A stretch of 64,000 bases of DNA from an uncultured Flavobacteriales bacterium (GCA_963706125.1 CAVPLQ010000004.1:841056-905055); one strand, 5' to 3'. Positions 27,489-36,578 are shown, counted from the stretch's first letter. Notes: generated by a model from the letters alone, not told the origin. A program made the numbers and translations.

Positions 27489-30148
27489 CAGTTCTGCTGG
27501 GCGTGGTTGCCGCCGAGAATGTGAACGTAGCCTTTCAGCACTTCCGGCACGATGCCGTTCAGCCGTTTGAAGAAGACCTGACAGACATAGAAGTAGACAC
27601 CGTCCGGCACCGGCTCGCCGTCGTTGTTCAGCGTGCCGTCCCACTGGATCGCGGGGTCCTGCGTGGTGAAAACGACCTGGCCCCAGCGGTTGAACACCTG
27701 CAGATCGATCTCCTTCACGCCGCGGTACGGGAAGGGAATAAAGAGGTCGTTCACGCGGTCGCTGTTGGGCGTGAAGACGTTCGGCAAGGTGTATTCCGGA
27801 CAATTGTCGCCGCATACCTGGTCGCTGAAAGCGCTCTCGTTGCCCACGGAGTCGATGGCAGTGACCACGTAGCAACCGGCCACGGAACTGCCGTCGGTGT
27901 GCGTGAACGTGGTGTCCTCGGCACCGGTGATAGTGTGGATCAGGAGCATTTCCCCGCCCAAGCTGTCGGTGAAGTAGATGTTGTAGCGCCAGGTGTCGCT
28001 CGCGCAGCTGTTGTTGGGGTTGTTCCACGTGAGCGTGTTCAGCGGCAGCTCGCAATTATTGACGATGGACAACGTGGGCGGGCATGGCGGCGTAAGGTCC
28101 ACCGGCGTAGCGCAGGTCTCTTGGCTGAAGTTGATCAACGGTGCGGCGATGGCGGGATCGTCGTATGCCCCGGTGGTCTTCACATAGTAGCAATAGGACT
28201 CCCCGTTCACCAAGCCGGTGTCCACGTATGTGGGTTCCGTGCTGCTGCCGATATAGGTGAACACCCCGCCGATCTGCCGGTAGACATCGAACTGCGTATT
28301 GATCCACGGCGTGTTGAAATTGATCTGCAGCGTGACCTGCTCATCGTTCGGCTCCGGGACGATGAAGACGCTGGAGGCCGTGTTGCTTGGGCCGATCAGC
28401 GTGTTGCCATCGTCGCCATAGAGGTCCACGCGATAGGCATGGCCGGTGGTGCGCGTGTCCAAGCCTTGATCGATAAAACTGGTGTCGGGGTTCGCCAGAA
28501 ACGGCGAGGAGGCGCTGGTATGAACGAGTTCGGTCGCGGAGGTCAGGCCATTCCCGCGGTACACCTTGAACAGATATGGACCGGTATGCTGGATCGTGTC
28601 CAGATCGTAGGCGTTGCTCCAGCGCACGGTGTCCACGCCGTTTGCGTTATCGGTCACGCCCACGCTTACGTGCGTCATGATGGGCACGTCGCGCTGCAGC
28701 AGGTTGCAGAACTCCACGCTGGCGTAGCTCTGCGCGCCGTCAGGGAAAACGGCCACCACCATGTAGCAATAGGTGATACCGAAAGCCAGTCCAGCGTCCG
28801 TGTAGTTCGTGTTGTTCAGGCCGGTGGTGCTTCCGATGTACTGATAGCCAGTGTAGGCCGGCACACCCGTCTCGCAGGGGCCGTGGACGAAACCGTACGA
28901 ACCCTGCCGCCGGTAGACGCGATAGCCCGTGGCATTGGAGCAGGTGCTCGGGTCCCAGGCCAGTTCCATCACACCGCCGTTCGGTGTGGCACTGGGATTC
29001 TGCGGCGCCGGGGCCACCACGGTGATGAACATGGTCTTATAATCCTGCAGCTGCACCATGTTGTAGTTGTCGCGGGCATTAAAGACCACTTGGTAGGGCT
29101 GTTGCCGCACGTGCGAGCAATTGGTGTTCCAGGAGAACGTGCCGAAAACGATGTTCTGGGACGGCGATGAGTTGAACAGCGCGGGGGAACTGGCCACTTG
29201 GAACGGCCCGCCCAGTGCGCTCAAGGTGATGGTCTGGCCCGCGTCGGGGTCGGTGGCCTGCACGCCGAAGGTGAGGAAAGTGCCCGCTTCCACGCAGGTG
29301 TCGTTCACCTCGGCGATCACCGGTGGCCGATCGTTGCATGTGCCCACGATCACCTGCATGTCGCGTTCCACCCAGCCGATGTTCACCCAATGCCCGTTGA
29401 TCATCCGCCACTCCCTGACGATGAAGGCGATGTTGTAAATGCCCGACTGCTGCGGGGAATCCCACGTGATGGTGCCGGTGACCGGATCGATGGAATACTG
29501 GTTGTTCGCGCCGGGCGAGATCTGGTTTGGGAACAGATAGCCGGGAATAGGGTCACCTATACCATCGGGCGGATTGCTCAGATCACCTCCCAAGCAGACT
29601 ACCGGTTCGAAGGAAAGGCTGTCGCCATCGGAATCGTACGCGCCCGGATTGTGGATCCAAAGTTGGCCCAAGCAGGCGTTCTGGATGGGCGGATTGAGGA
29701 ACTGCGGCGTGCAGTTATTGCCTGCAGTGCTGATCACCAACCGGGTCTGCACGCACATGGGCACGTTCACCGAGCCGGGGATGTTCACCACATCGGCCAC
29801 CCGGTTGGGGTCGATGTACTGAAGCAGGAAAACGCCCGGGCCGGGGTAGACGTGCTGGTTGACGTAGAGGTTCCGTTGCGTGTTGATCCCGGCGATCTGC
29901 ACCAACGTCGCAGAGTCGCGTTGGATGGTGTCCAAGGCTGTCCCGTCGCCCCAATCCACGATGAACTCCGGCCGGTCCGCCTGGGAATTGGGATTGGTGT
30001 AGGTGATGATGGTCACCTCGTAGGTGAGGCTCCCCGGCCCGCCGACATGGCACACCAAGATCTCCCCCGCCTCGTTGTGCGTGGCCCGGGCCGTAAAAGC
30101 AAAGCCCAACAGGAGGCTGGCACATAAGGTGCGGAAAAGGCTGTTCAT
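27488..30148 (-). CDS. Large surface protein with T9SS type-B (gliding-motility) C-terminal domain
   Basis: Signal peptide MNSLFRTLCASLLLGFAFTARA followed by THNEAGEILV, a common opening of this protein class. Ig/FN3-like repeats follow. CTD: YTLPNVFTPNSDRVNDLFIPFPYRGVKEIDLQVFNRWGQVVF...WDGTLNNDGEPVPDGVYFYV. The stop overlaps the ribE start by 1 nt. Confidence 0.85.
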   Translation of the reverse strand: MNSLFRTLCASLLLGFAFTARATHNEAGEILVCHVGGPGSLTYEVTIITYTNPNSQADRPEFIVDWGDGTALDTIQRDSATLVQIAGINTQRNLYVNQHVYPGPGVFLLQYIDPNRVADVVNIPGSVNVPMCVQTRLVISTAGNNCTPQFLNPPIQNACLGQLWIHNPGAYDSDGDSLSFEPVVCLGGDLSNPPDGIGDPIPGYLFPNQISPGANNQYSIDPVTGTITWDSPQQSGIYNIAFIVREWRMINGHWVNIGWVERDMQVIVGTCNDRPPVIAEVNDTCVEAGTFLTFGVQATDPDAGQTITLSALGGPFQVASSPALFNSSPSQNIVFGTFSWNTNCSHVRQQPYQVVFNARDNYNMVQLQDYKTMFITVVAPAPQNPSATPNGGVMELAWDPSTCSNATGYRVYRRQGSYGFVHGPCETGVPAYTGYQYIGSTTGLNNTNYTDAGLAFGITYCYMVVAVFPDGAQSYASVEFCNLLQRDVPIMTHVSVGVTDNANGVDTVRWSNAYDLDTIQHTGPYLFKVYRGNGLTSATELVHTSASSPFLANPDTSFIDQGLDTRTTGHAYRVDLYGDDGNTLIGPSNTASSVFIVPEPNDEQVTLQINFNTPWINTQFDVYRQIGGVFTYIGSSTEPTYVDTGLVNGESYCYYVKTTGAYDDPAIAAPLINFSQETCATPVDLTPPCPPTLSIVNNCELPLNTLTWNNPNNSCASDTWRYNIYFTDSLGGEMLLIHTITGAEDTTFTHTDGSSVAGCYVVTAIDSVGNESAFSDQVCGDNCPEYTLPNVFTPNSDRVNDLFIPFPYRGVKEIDLQVFNRWGQVVFTTQDPAIQWDGTLNNDGEPVPDGVYFYVCQVFFKRLNGIVPEVLKGYVHILGGNHAQQN

Positions 30149-30251
30149 CAGAGTTACAAAGTACGGGAATTCCGGGCCTTGTCCATCGTTCCGGGCGGAC
30201 CGTTGCAGGACTCACCGCTGCCTTTGGTCGGTTTTCGCGGGAAACACAGAA

Positions 30252-30391
30252 GGATTTAACCGCAAAGGACGCAAAGAAGCGGTCGACTGCGGAGGGCGCA
30301 GAGAGGGCCCACGCGATCGCATCAGCCTTGCGCCCCCCCGGCCCGAACGCCTTCCCTTCTTTGCGGTCTCCGTGTCCTTTGCGGTTAAACC
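30252..30391. repeat. Composite palindrome built from aaccgcaaagga / cgcaaagaag words; arms flank a roughly 75-bp GC-rich spacer
   Basis: Left arm 30252-30280 is ggatttaaccgcaaaggacgcaaagaagc. Right arm 30355-30391 is cttctttgcggtctccgtgtcctttgcggttaaaccc, an imperfect reverse complement with an insertion. It lies in the 330-nt divergent intergenic region between the T9SS protein (-) and pepA (+). Confidence 0.8.
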
Positions 30392-30478
30392 CCCGCATTC
30401 CCAATTGCGGTGGAAAACCTTTGAGCCTGTTGGCAGGAAGTTATCTTCGGCCTCCATAAACCGAGAACTGCTCCGTCC

Positions 30479-31912
30479 ATGCTACAGATCATCAAGACCA
30501 CCCGCGCAGCCGGCGCCAAGGACATGTTGGTGATCCTTGCGGATCCAGCACAATTGCGGAGCATCGATCTGGAGCGCAACGACCGCCAATACCTGCTGGA
30601 GCAACTGAAGGATGACGCGTTGGTAGCGACCTGCGACATCAGCGGGCGGTTAGTGATGGTACACCAGGTGCGGAAAGGAACCTCTTCCAAACAACTGGAG
30701 AAGGCACGCCAAGCGGGCAATGCCATGGCCTTGAAATTGATCGCCGCCAAGCGGGAAGAAGCACAGACCGTGAGCTTGCAGGATGATGCCAGCCTCACCT
30801 TGGCGCTGGTGGAAGGTGCTACGCTCGGCGCGTATGCCTTCAACCGCCACAAGACCGGGAAGCAGCCCCGCACACTGAAAAAACTGGGCCTTCTCGCTCC
30901 CGAGGTAAAGCCTGTGGCCCTGCAGGAAATGCTGGACATCTGCGAAGCCACCCTCACCGCCCGCGACCTTGTGAACGAACCCGCCTCGCACCTCAGCGCC
31001 GTGCAGCTGGGTGAGGCGGCCCAGAAGCTGGCCAAGAGCAGCGGCTTCACCGCCAAGGTGATGAACAAGAAGCAGATCGAGGCCGAGAAGATGGGCGGCC
31101 TGCTCGCGGTGAACCAAGGCAGCATCGACCCGCCGGTCTTCATCGTGATGGAGTGGAAGCCGAAGAACGCCGTGAACAAGAAGCCCGTACTGCTGGTGGG
31201 CAAGGGCGTGGTGTACGATACAGGCGGCCTCAGCCTGAAGCCGACGCCCAACAGCATGGATTCCATGAAATGCGACATGGGCGGTTCCGCAGCGGTGATC
31301 GGTGCGATATCGGCCGCAGCGAAGCAGAAACTGCCGTTGCACGTGGTGGCCTTGGTGCCCTCCACGGACAACCGCCCCGGTGGCAAGGCCTTCGCGCCCG
31401 GCGATGTTTTGAAGATGCACAGCGGCCTCACCGTGGAGAACCTCAACTCGGATGCCGAGGGCCGCTTGATCCTCGCCGATGCCCTGAGCTACGGCGAGCG
31501 CTACGATGCCGAAGTGGTGTTCACATTGGCCACGCTCACCGGGGCCGCCGTGCGCGCCATCGGAACACAAGGCACAGTGACCATGGGCACCGCCAGCGAG
31601 AAGCAGTTCGCCATGCTGCATGCCGCAGCCGACACTACATTCGAGCGCGTGGCGCAGATGCCGTTCTGGGAGGAATATGAAGAGGACCTCAAAAGCGACG
31701 TCGCCGACCTGAAGAACATCGGCGGAGCGGCGGCCGGGCAGATCACCGCCGGGAAATTCCTCGCCCGCTTCACCACCAAACCGCTCATCCACTTGGACAT
31801 CGCCGGCCCCGCCTTTCTGGACAAGCGCGACCAATACCGGACGAAGGGCGGTACCGGTGTAGGCGTGCGTTTGGTGTATGAATTCCTCAAGCGCCGCGCA
31901 GCGGCCAAGTGA
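30479..31912 (+). CDS. pepA: Leucyl aminopeptidase (M17)
   Basis: The blocks VGKGVVYDTGGLSLKP, MKCDMGGSAAV and NSDAEGRLILADAL (variant of the NTDAEGRL signature) are M17 catalytic-domain blocks. Confidence 0.9.
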   Translation: MLQIIKTTRAAGAKDMLVILADPAQLRSIDLERNDRQYLLEQLKDDALVATCDISGRLVMVHQVRKGTSSKQLEKARQAGNAMALKLIAAKREEAQTVSLQDDASLTLALVEGATLGAYAFNRHKTGKQPRTLKKLGLLAPEVKPVALQEMLDICEATLTARDLVNEPASHLSAVQLGEAAQKLAKSSGFTAKVMNKKQIEAEKMGGLLAVNQGSIDPPVFIVMEWKPKNAVNKKPVLLVGKGVVYDTGGLSLKPTPNSMDSMKCDMGGSAAVIGAISAAAKQKLPLHVVALVPSTDNRPGGKAFAPGDVLKMHSGLTVENLNSDAEGRLILADALSYGERYDAEVVFTLATLTGAAVRAIGTQGTVTMGTASEKQFAMLHAAADTTFERVAQMPFWEEYEEDLKSDVADLKNIGGAAAGQITAGKFLARFTTKPLIHLDIAGPAFLDKRDQYRTKGGTGVGVRLVYEFLKRRAAAK

Positions 31913-32985
31913 CCATGATCGAAGGACCTGTGCGTGTGGGCATTAGTTGCGGCGACCTCAACGGCATCGGCCTGGAGGTCATCCTGAAGACCTTCGAGGA
32001 CCCTCGGATGTTGCTGGAGCTGACCCCTGTGCTTTATTGCGGTGCCCGTGCGGTGAGCACTCACCGGAAAGCGCTTGGAGGTATGGAGCAGATGCCGATC
32101 AACGGGATCGCCGATGCCCAGGACGCCATCCCCAAGAAGCTGAACGTGGTGCATGCATGGGAGGAAGAGGCACCTATCGAGCTCGGCATTCCGTCCGGCA
32201 AAGAGGCCAGCTTCGCAATACGAAGCCTGGAAGCCGCGGCGCAGGACCTCAGCTCCGGAAAAGTGGACGTGCTGGTAACGGCGCCGATCGACAAGCACAG
32301 CATGGAACTGGCCGGCTTCGGCTTTCCGGGACACACCGAATTCCTTGCCCACATGGCGGGAGGCGATGCGGAAGTGCTGATGCTGTTAGTGAGCGAGAAC
32401 CTGCGAGTCGGCACCGTCACCGGGCACATTCCATTGAAGAACGTCGCGGAATCGATCACGGTGGAACGGATCATGGTGAAGGCGCGCCTGATGCACCAAA
32501 GTCTGGAGCGCGACTTCGGCATCACCGGTCCCAAGATCGCGATCCTGGGGCTGAACCCCCATGCCGGCGACGGTGGCACGCTTGGCAGCGAAGACAAGGA
32601 ACGGATCCTGCCGGCCGTCCGGAAGCTCAACGAGGAAGGCATCCTGGCCATGGGCCCCTACCCGGCCGACGGCTTCTTCGGAAGCGGCACCTACAAGCAC
32701 TTCGATGGCGTGCTGGCGATGTACCACGACCAAGGTCTGGCACCGTTCAAGGCGCTCAGCTTCGGGCATGGCGTGAACTACACGGCCGGCCTGCCCGTCG
32801 TACGCACAAGCCCGGATCATGGCACCGGACTGGACATCGCCGGGAAAGGCTTAGCCGACGAGGGTTCTTTCAGGCACGCTATCTGGCTCGCCTGCGACAT
32901 CCTTCGGAACCGCGAAGCCTACAAGGCGATGACGGCGAACCCGCTGCAACCGCAGAAACGGGAAAAGGGGAGACGGGACGAGTGA
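31909..32985 (+). CDS. pdxA: 4-hydroxythreonine-4-phosphate dehydrogenase
   Basis: The blocks GDLNGIGLEVILK, LVTAPIDK, GHTEFLA, GLNPHAGDGG and VRTSPDHGT are canonical PdxA blocks. The start overlaps the pepA stop (ATGA). Confidence 0.9.
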   Translation: MTMIEGPVRVGISCGDLNGIGLEVILKTFEDPRMLLELTPVLYCGARAVSTHRKALGGMEQMPINGIADAQDAIPKKLNVVHAWEEEAPIELGIPSGKEASFAIRSLEAAAQDLSSGKVDVLVTAPIDKHSMELAGFGFPGHTEFLAHMAGGDAEVLMLLVSENLRVGTVTGHIPLKNVAESITVERIMVKARLMHQSLERDFGITGPKIAILGLNPHAGDGGTLGSEDKERILPAVRKLNEEGILAMGPYPADGFFGSGTYKHFDGVLAMYHDQGLAPFKALSFGHGVNYTAGLPVVRTSPDHGTGLDIAGKGLADEGSFRHAIWLACDILRNREAYKAMTANPLQPQKREKGRRDE

Positions 32986-33390
32986 TCGCTGCTGGACGGG
33001 ATTGAAGGCGCCGGGACACGGGTTTTAGGACAGGATCTCAGGATTGACGGGATCCACTGACCCCGCGGGTCCGATAGGCATTACCGTCCCCGAAGGGTCA
33101 CGCCAACAAGTCTCTCCGACACATAGCGGACCCCTGCGATGGGACGGCCTGAACGCTTCCACCGCGCGGATCAAAAGTGATCCTTGACCCCAGGGATACG
33201 CCGAAGCACTGGCAGGAAGAGAAAGGTCATCCATAGCGCGTTGAACAACGAGCCGAAGACACAGACGGCGATGCCTACGCTCACAAAGATCTTGCTCACA
33301 GAGATCAAGGAACGCGGCACCTTGCTCACCACGGATGTTCTCGAAGCGCGATTGCAGGGTGAAGGTGGAGCGTGCGCGCAGACGGACGAT

Positions 33391-34131
33391 CTACCGCATC
33401 GCCTCCAAGCTCTCCTTTCCTGCATTGAAGATGGGATCGAGGATGTTGACACGTTGCACACGTCGCTCGGCCAAAAAGGCCAACTCCTGGAACACCTTCT
33501 CCAGTGGATGCTTGTGAACCCTATGGGTGGTCAGGTCGCGATGTGCGCAGAAAGCACACCGGTAGGGGCAGCCGCGTTTGGTCTCCAAGCGGGCCATGCC
33601 GGCACCCAGATGCACGGGAAGTTCGCCTGTGAGGTAGGGTGAAGCGAGTTGGGCAAAGTCCACCGGTGCAGTTACGAAAACGGGTTCATGCGCATGGCGA
33701 TGTTCCGGCAATTCCGCGAAGGCCTGTTCAGCCTGCCCGGAAACGAAGACCTGGCAATCGGGGTAGCGCCGCAGCAATTCAGCCTTGTTCCCGTAGGTTA
33801 CCTGATAGCCGCCAAGGACCACCTTGCCACGGAACCCGAGTCGGCGGAGCAGCGCGATGGTGCCGTTGATGAGGTACTCGTTCCAGATGTAGGCGGAGAG
33901 TGCGATGGCATCGAAGCGGCCCACATCCAGCCGTGCGAATTGCGCCTCGAACAGTTCCGGGGTGGCCGCACCGCCATGGTCGAGCATATTGATGGAGAAG
34001 TGTTCCACCTGCATCCGTTCGCTCACCTCAACCTCGCTCCGCTGATGCGCCAACAGGGAGGCGATGGCCAGTGAAGTGGCCAGTTCCCCGGGGCGTACCA
34101 GATCGAAGGAGATAAGGAGCGTGTGGATCAT
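33391..34131 (-). pseudogene. B12-binding-domain radical SAM protein, N-terminal 246 codons ending at an in-frame TAG; the same frame stays open to 33025 but homology fades
   Basis: The N-terminal Rossmann-like B12-binding region reads MIHTLLISFDLVRPGELATSLAIASLLAH...VVLGGYQVTY. It is followed by ETKRGCPYRCAFCAHRD (CxxxCxxC). After TAG (33393-33391) the frame continues IVRLRARSTFTLQSRFENIRGEQGAAFLDLCEQ, which still looks like this family. It then degenerates; full-length members are roughly 450-600 aa. Confidence 0.65.
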
Positions 34132-34139
34132 GCGATGGC

Positions 34140-35384
34140 TCAGTTGAGTTCGGCGTCCGCACCTTCGGTCAAGGCTTCCATGGTGTGCCCTGAGATGCCG
34201 AGTATGGAGCCTTGCAATTCAGTTGCGCTGCTCACCAAGGCTTCCAGCTGCTTGTCCCTTGCCGCCCATTGCTTCTGCATCAGGCGCTTCTCCTTGTCCA
34301 ATTGCAGTTTCATTCCGCCATAGCCTTCCACGATCACCTGCATGCGCCGCTTGAAATCCGGGCTGGTGAAGTAGGCATAGAGCACCTGGGCCTTGTCGTC
34401 CTTGTTATCCTCTTGGCCCCGGACCATGGCGAGGTTGAGCACACTTTGGCGGAGCACTTGTGCCAAGCCGCGTACTTCCCCGAAGCTGCAGACGAACACC
34501 CCGTCGCGCATGCCCATGCAAGGCATGTCCTTGGGCATGGTCTCCGTTACGATCACGCCGATCTCGGCCTGGTGCCGCTGCATGTCCTCCTTCAGCTTGG
34601 CGATCCACTTGTCGCTGAATGCCTTGGTCCGCTTGCTCTCGTAAGCAATGGTACCGCAGGAACGCCCCAGCCTATCCTGCACCATGTGTAGGACATCGGC
34701 ACCGTTGGCGCCCTTGGCCACCTCCTCGATCACATCCTGCCTGAACAGGTCCTCCAAGAGATCGCGCAGTTCCAGTTCCTGTGCTTCGCCCTGCACTTGC
34801 ATCGAGCCCTGTTCCACTTTCCGCTTCAGGTCACCGATCTGGTCGGTGAGGCTTTTCACCAGCTCCTGGTGCTCGCGATCCGTCATGCGGTGGGCTTCTG
34901 CCTCGCGCTGCTTCACATCGGCCTCGATGCGCTTGCGCTCCTTGTCCATGGCCTTCTTCGTCTCCAGCTCGATGTCGGCCTTGGCCTGCTCCAACTTCTC
35001 CTTCAGCTCAAGCAATTCCAATTGCTCCTTCTTCATCTCGGAGAGCTTTTTGCCTTGCTCTTCGGCCTTCTTCTGCATGGCCTGTAGCTCTTCGGCTTGC
35101 GCTTGTTGTGCCTCCTTCATGGCATTTGCCTTGATCTGCACGCGCTCCTCCTTCACGCGGAGGTCCACACGTTGTTGGATGGCGACCCGCTCCCGTGCGA
35201 CCTCCTGCTGCTGCAGTTCGATCGCCTCGCGTTGCTTTTGGAGTTCGTCCAAGGCCTTCTGCTGCCCCTTGGCCAGATCCGCTTTGAGACTTTTCTCGAT
35301 CTGCTTGGACAAACTAGCCTCCACATCGAATACGTGGTGGCATTGTGGGCATTCTACATTCAAGGCGTGGGTGTGCTTTTCCAT
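34140..35384 (-). CDS. DUF2130-like protein: N-terminal Zn-ribbon-like CxxC, long coiled coil, C-terminal PD-(D/E)xK-like domain
   Basis: Start ATG 35384: MEKHTHALNVECPQCHHVFDVEASLSKQIEKSLK. About 170 aa of E/K/Q-rich heptads follow. The C-terminal region VAKGANGADVLHMVQDRLGRSCGTIAYESKRTKAFSDKWIAKLKEDM has a D...ExK arrangement. The stop lies only 8 nt upstream of the radical-SAM start. Confidence 0.75.
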   Translation of the reverse strand: MEKHTHALNVECPQCHHVFDVEASLSKQIEKSLKADLAKGQQKALDELQKQREAIELQQQEVARERVAIQQRVDLRVKEERVQIKANAMKEAQQAQAEELQAMQKKAEEQGKKLSEMKKEQLELLELKEKLEQAKADIELETKKAMDKERKRIEADVKQREAEAHRMTDREHQELVKSLTDQIGDLKRKVEQGSMQVQGEAQELELRDLLEDLFRQDVIEEVAKGANGADVLHMVQDRLGRSCGTIAYESKRTKAFSDKWIAKLKEDMQRHQAEIGVIVTETMPKDMPCMGMRDGVFVCSFGEVRGLAQVLRQSVLNLAMVRGQEDNKDDKAQVLYAYFTSPDFKRRMQVIVEGYGGMKLQLDKEKRLMQKQWAARDKQLEALVSSATELQGSILGISGHTMEALTEGADAELN

Positions 35385-35455
35385 GTCGGATAGTGCTGTT
35401 AAGCCCGTCGGGGATGATCCCCTTCCGTCGGCAACGGCACAAAGGCAAGACACAG

Positions 35456-35476
35456 CTGTGCAGTCTATCTGCACAG
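35456..35476 (-). terminator. Perfect 8-bp stem / 5-nt loop hairpin immediately after the WYL gene stop codon (terminator or operator)
   Basis: ctgtgcag (35456-35463) and ctgcacag (35469-35476) are exact reverse complements. The WYL stop codon occupies 35478-35480. Function is inferred only. Confidence 0.35.
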
Positions 35477-35477
35477 G

Positions 35478-36484
35478 TCAAAATCCATAGCTCTCGGCCA
35501 TAGCTTTCGCCCTTCCCTTCAGGGTTTCCCGGAGGGCCTCAGGCTTGATCACCTGAACATCTTCGCCATATGAAAGCAACAACGTCTCCAGCTCATAGTT
35601 GAGCTTCACCCCCAGCTGTACATGTATGCCGGACTCCGTTTGCGCCAGCACTTTCTGGGATCCATGCAGCGGTTTGGTCTCGATGTATGGCCAACGTTTC
35701 AGGGAGATGATCACTTCCACTATCTCCGCTTCACCCGGTTGCATCGACACACCCACAATGTCCTCGAAATATTCCGAGTAGTCCACTGTGTTCTTTCTAT
35801 AGTGGCCCGCCGTGGCACGATGGCATGGATACGGTCCAGCGCCATGGTGGTCAGTCGCGCTCCCTCTTCCTCCCACCCGAACAGGAACCAGCGGTTGTTG
35901 TACTGCTTCAGGTAATAAGGATGGATCCGGTGTAGCACAGGCACCGGTTGTTTGGATCCTTGACAGGTCACGTGCAACACCTGCTCCCCAAGGATGGCGT
36001 GGAAGAGCGTGGTGATGTGTTCGCTGCCTTTCAAGTACGGGTTCTCCTCGAACTCAATGATGCTACCCGCACCCTGCTGCAACCCAAAGCCGGACTCCAA
36101 GCGAGCTGAGAGCTCATCCACCCATTGGAACTGGGGCATGCCCTTGAAGCGACTGAGCGTCATCAAAGCCGCTTTCAGTTGTTCGGCCTCCTCTTCATTC
36201 AGTGGTCGCTTGCTGATGGAGAATTCCGGATCGTCGTAACGATACCGGACCCGCATGCCTTCATGGTGCCGCTCCAAGGGTATGGACCAACCTTGTTCAC
36301 TCTCCATGAACGTGATGTCAGCCTGCAACTGTCGCTTCTTAATGCCCTTCCCGACTCCGGAGATCTCCTCAAGTGCTTCATTGCAAGCATCCAACAAGTC
36401 TTCGATAAAGTAGCGCTTGCCTTTGTGTGCAAAGCATCTGTCCAAGGCGTTGTAGCGGACCTGTGCGTGCTTGTTGGTGGCCAT
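35478..36484 (-). pseudogene. WYL-domain transcriptional regulator (Bacteroidota type), frameshifted near 35797-35825 (or assembly indel)
   Basis: ORF 35720..36484 begins MATNKHAQVRYNALDRCFAHKGKRYFIEDLLDACNEALEEISG...KRQLQADITFM (wHTH-like N-terminus) and contains the WYL core HPYYLKQYNNRWFLFGW...LALDRIHAIVP. The C-terminal part continues in another frame (ORF 35478..35876): HYRKNTVDYSEYFEDIVGVSMQPGEAEIVEVIISLKRWPYIETKPLHGSQKVL...NYELETLLLSYGEDVQVIKPEALR. Confidence 0.8.
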
Positions 36485-36578
36485 GGGTGGAATGCTTGAG
36501 CAAAGTAACGCGTCCGATATTTACCGGAATACAAGCATCGGAGGCTGCTTGCAGCAGTCAGCCCGTGCCTTCAGCGGT

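Noticed and set aside
26895-28055. Long N-terminal extensions in the ORF track for ribE (386 aa), the ABC ATPase (55677..56750), fabF (61898..63652), fabG (63139..63975), the 46813..47559 ORF and others.
   Set aside because: The extensions overlap the well-supported upstream genes and translate to low-complexity Arg/Gly/His-rich sequence. Internal starts that abut or overlap the upstream stop give proteins of canonical length.
33391-33393. TAG in the radical SAM gene as a recoded codon (for example pyrrolysine or a suppressor).
   Set aside because: There is no pyl machinery or context in the window. TAG is used as an ordinary stop elsewhere here (for example 7092-7094). The downstream frame degenerates, so a nonsense mutation or sequencing error is the simpler explanation.
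33171-33461. A small hydrophobic ORF downstream of the radical SAM fragment (…VSKIFVSVGIAVCVFGSLFNALWMTFLFLPVLRRI…).
   Set aside because: It overlaps the radical SAM frame that still shows family-like sequence. It has no clear start or RBS context, and its upstream half is Arg/Ser/Cys-rich. It could be a remnant of a membrane protein, but I cannot support it.
36485-36578. A Bacteroidota-type promoter (TAnnTTTG, here tactttgc on the minus strand) upstream of the WYL gene.
   Set aside because: Only the -7-like element is visible and the -33 element is unconvincing. A single 8-mer match in about 90 nt is not enough to call a promoter.
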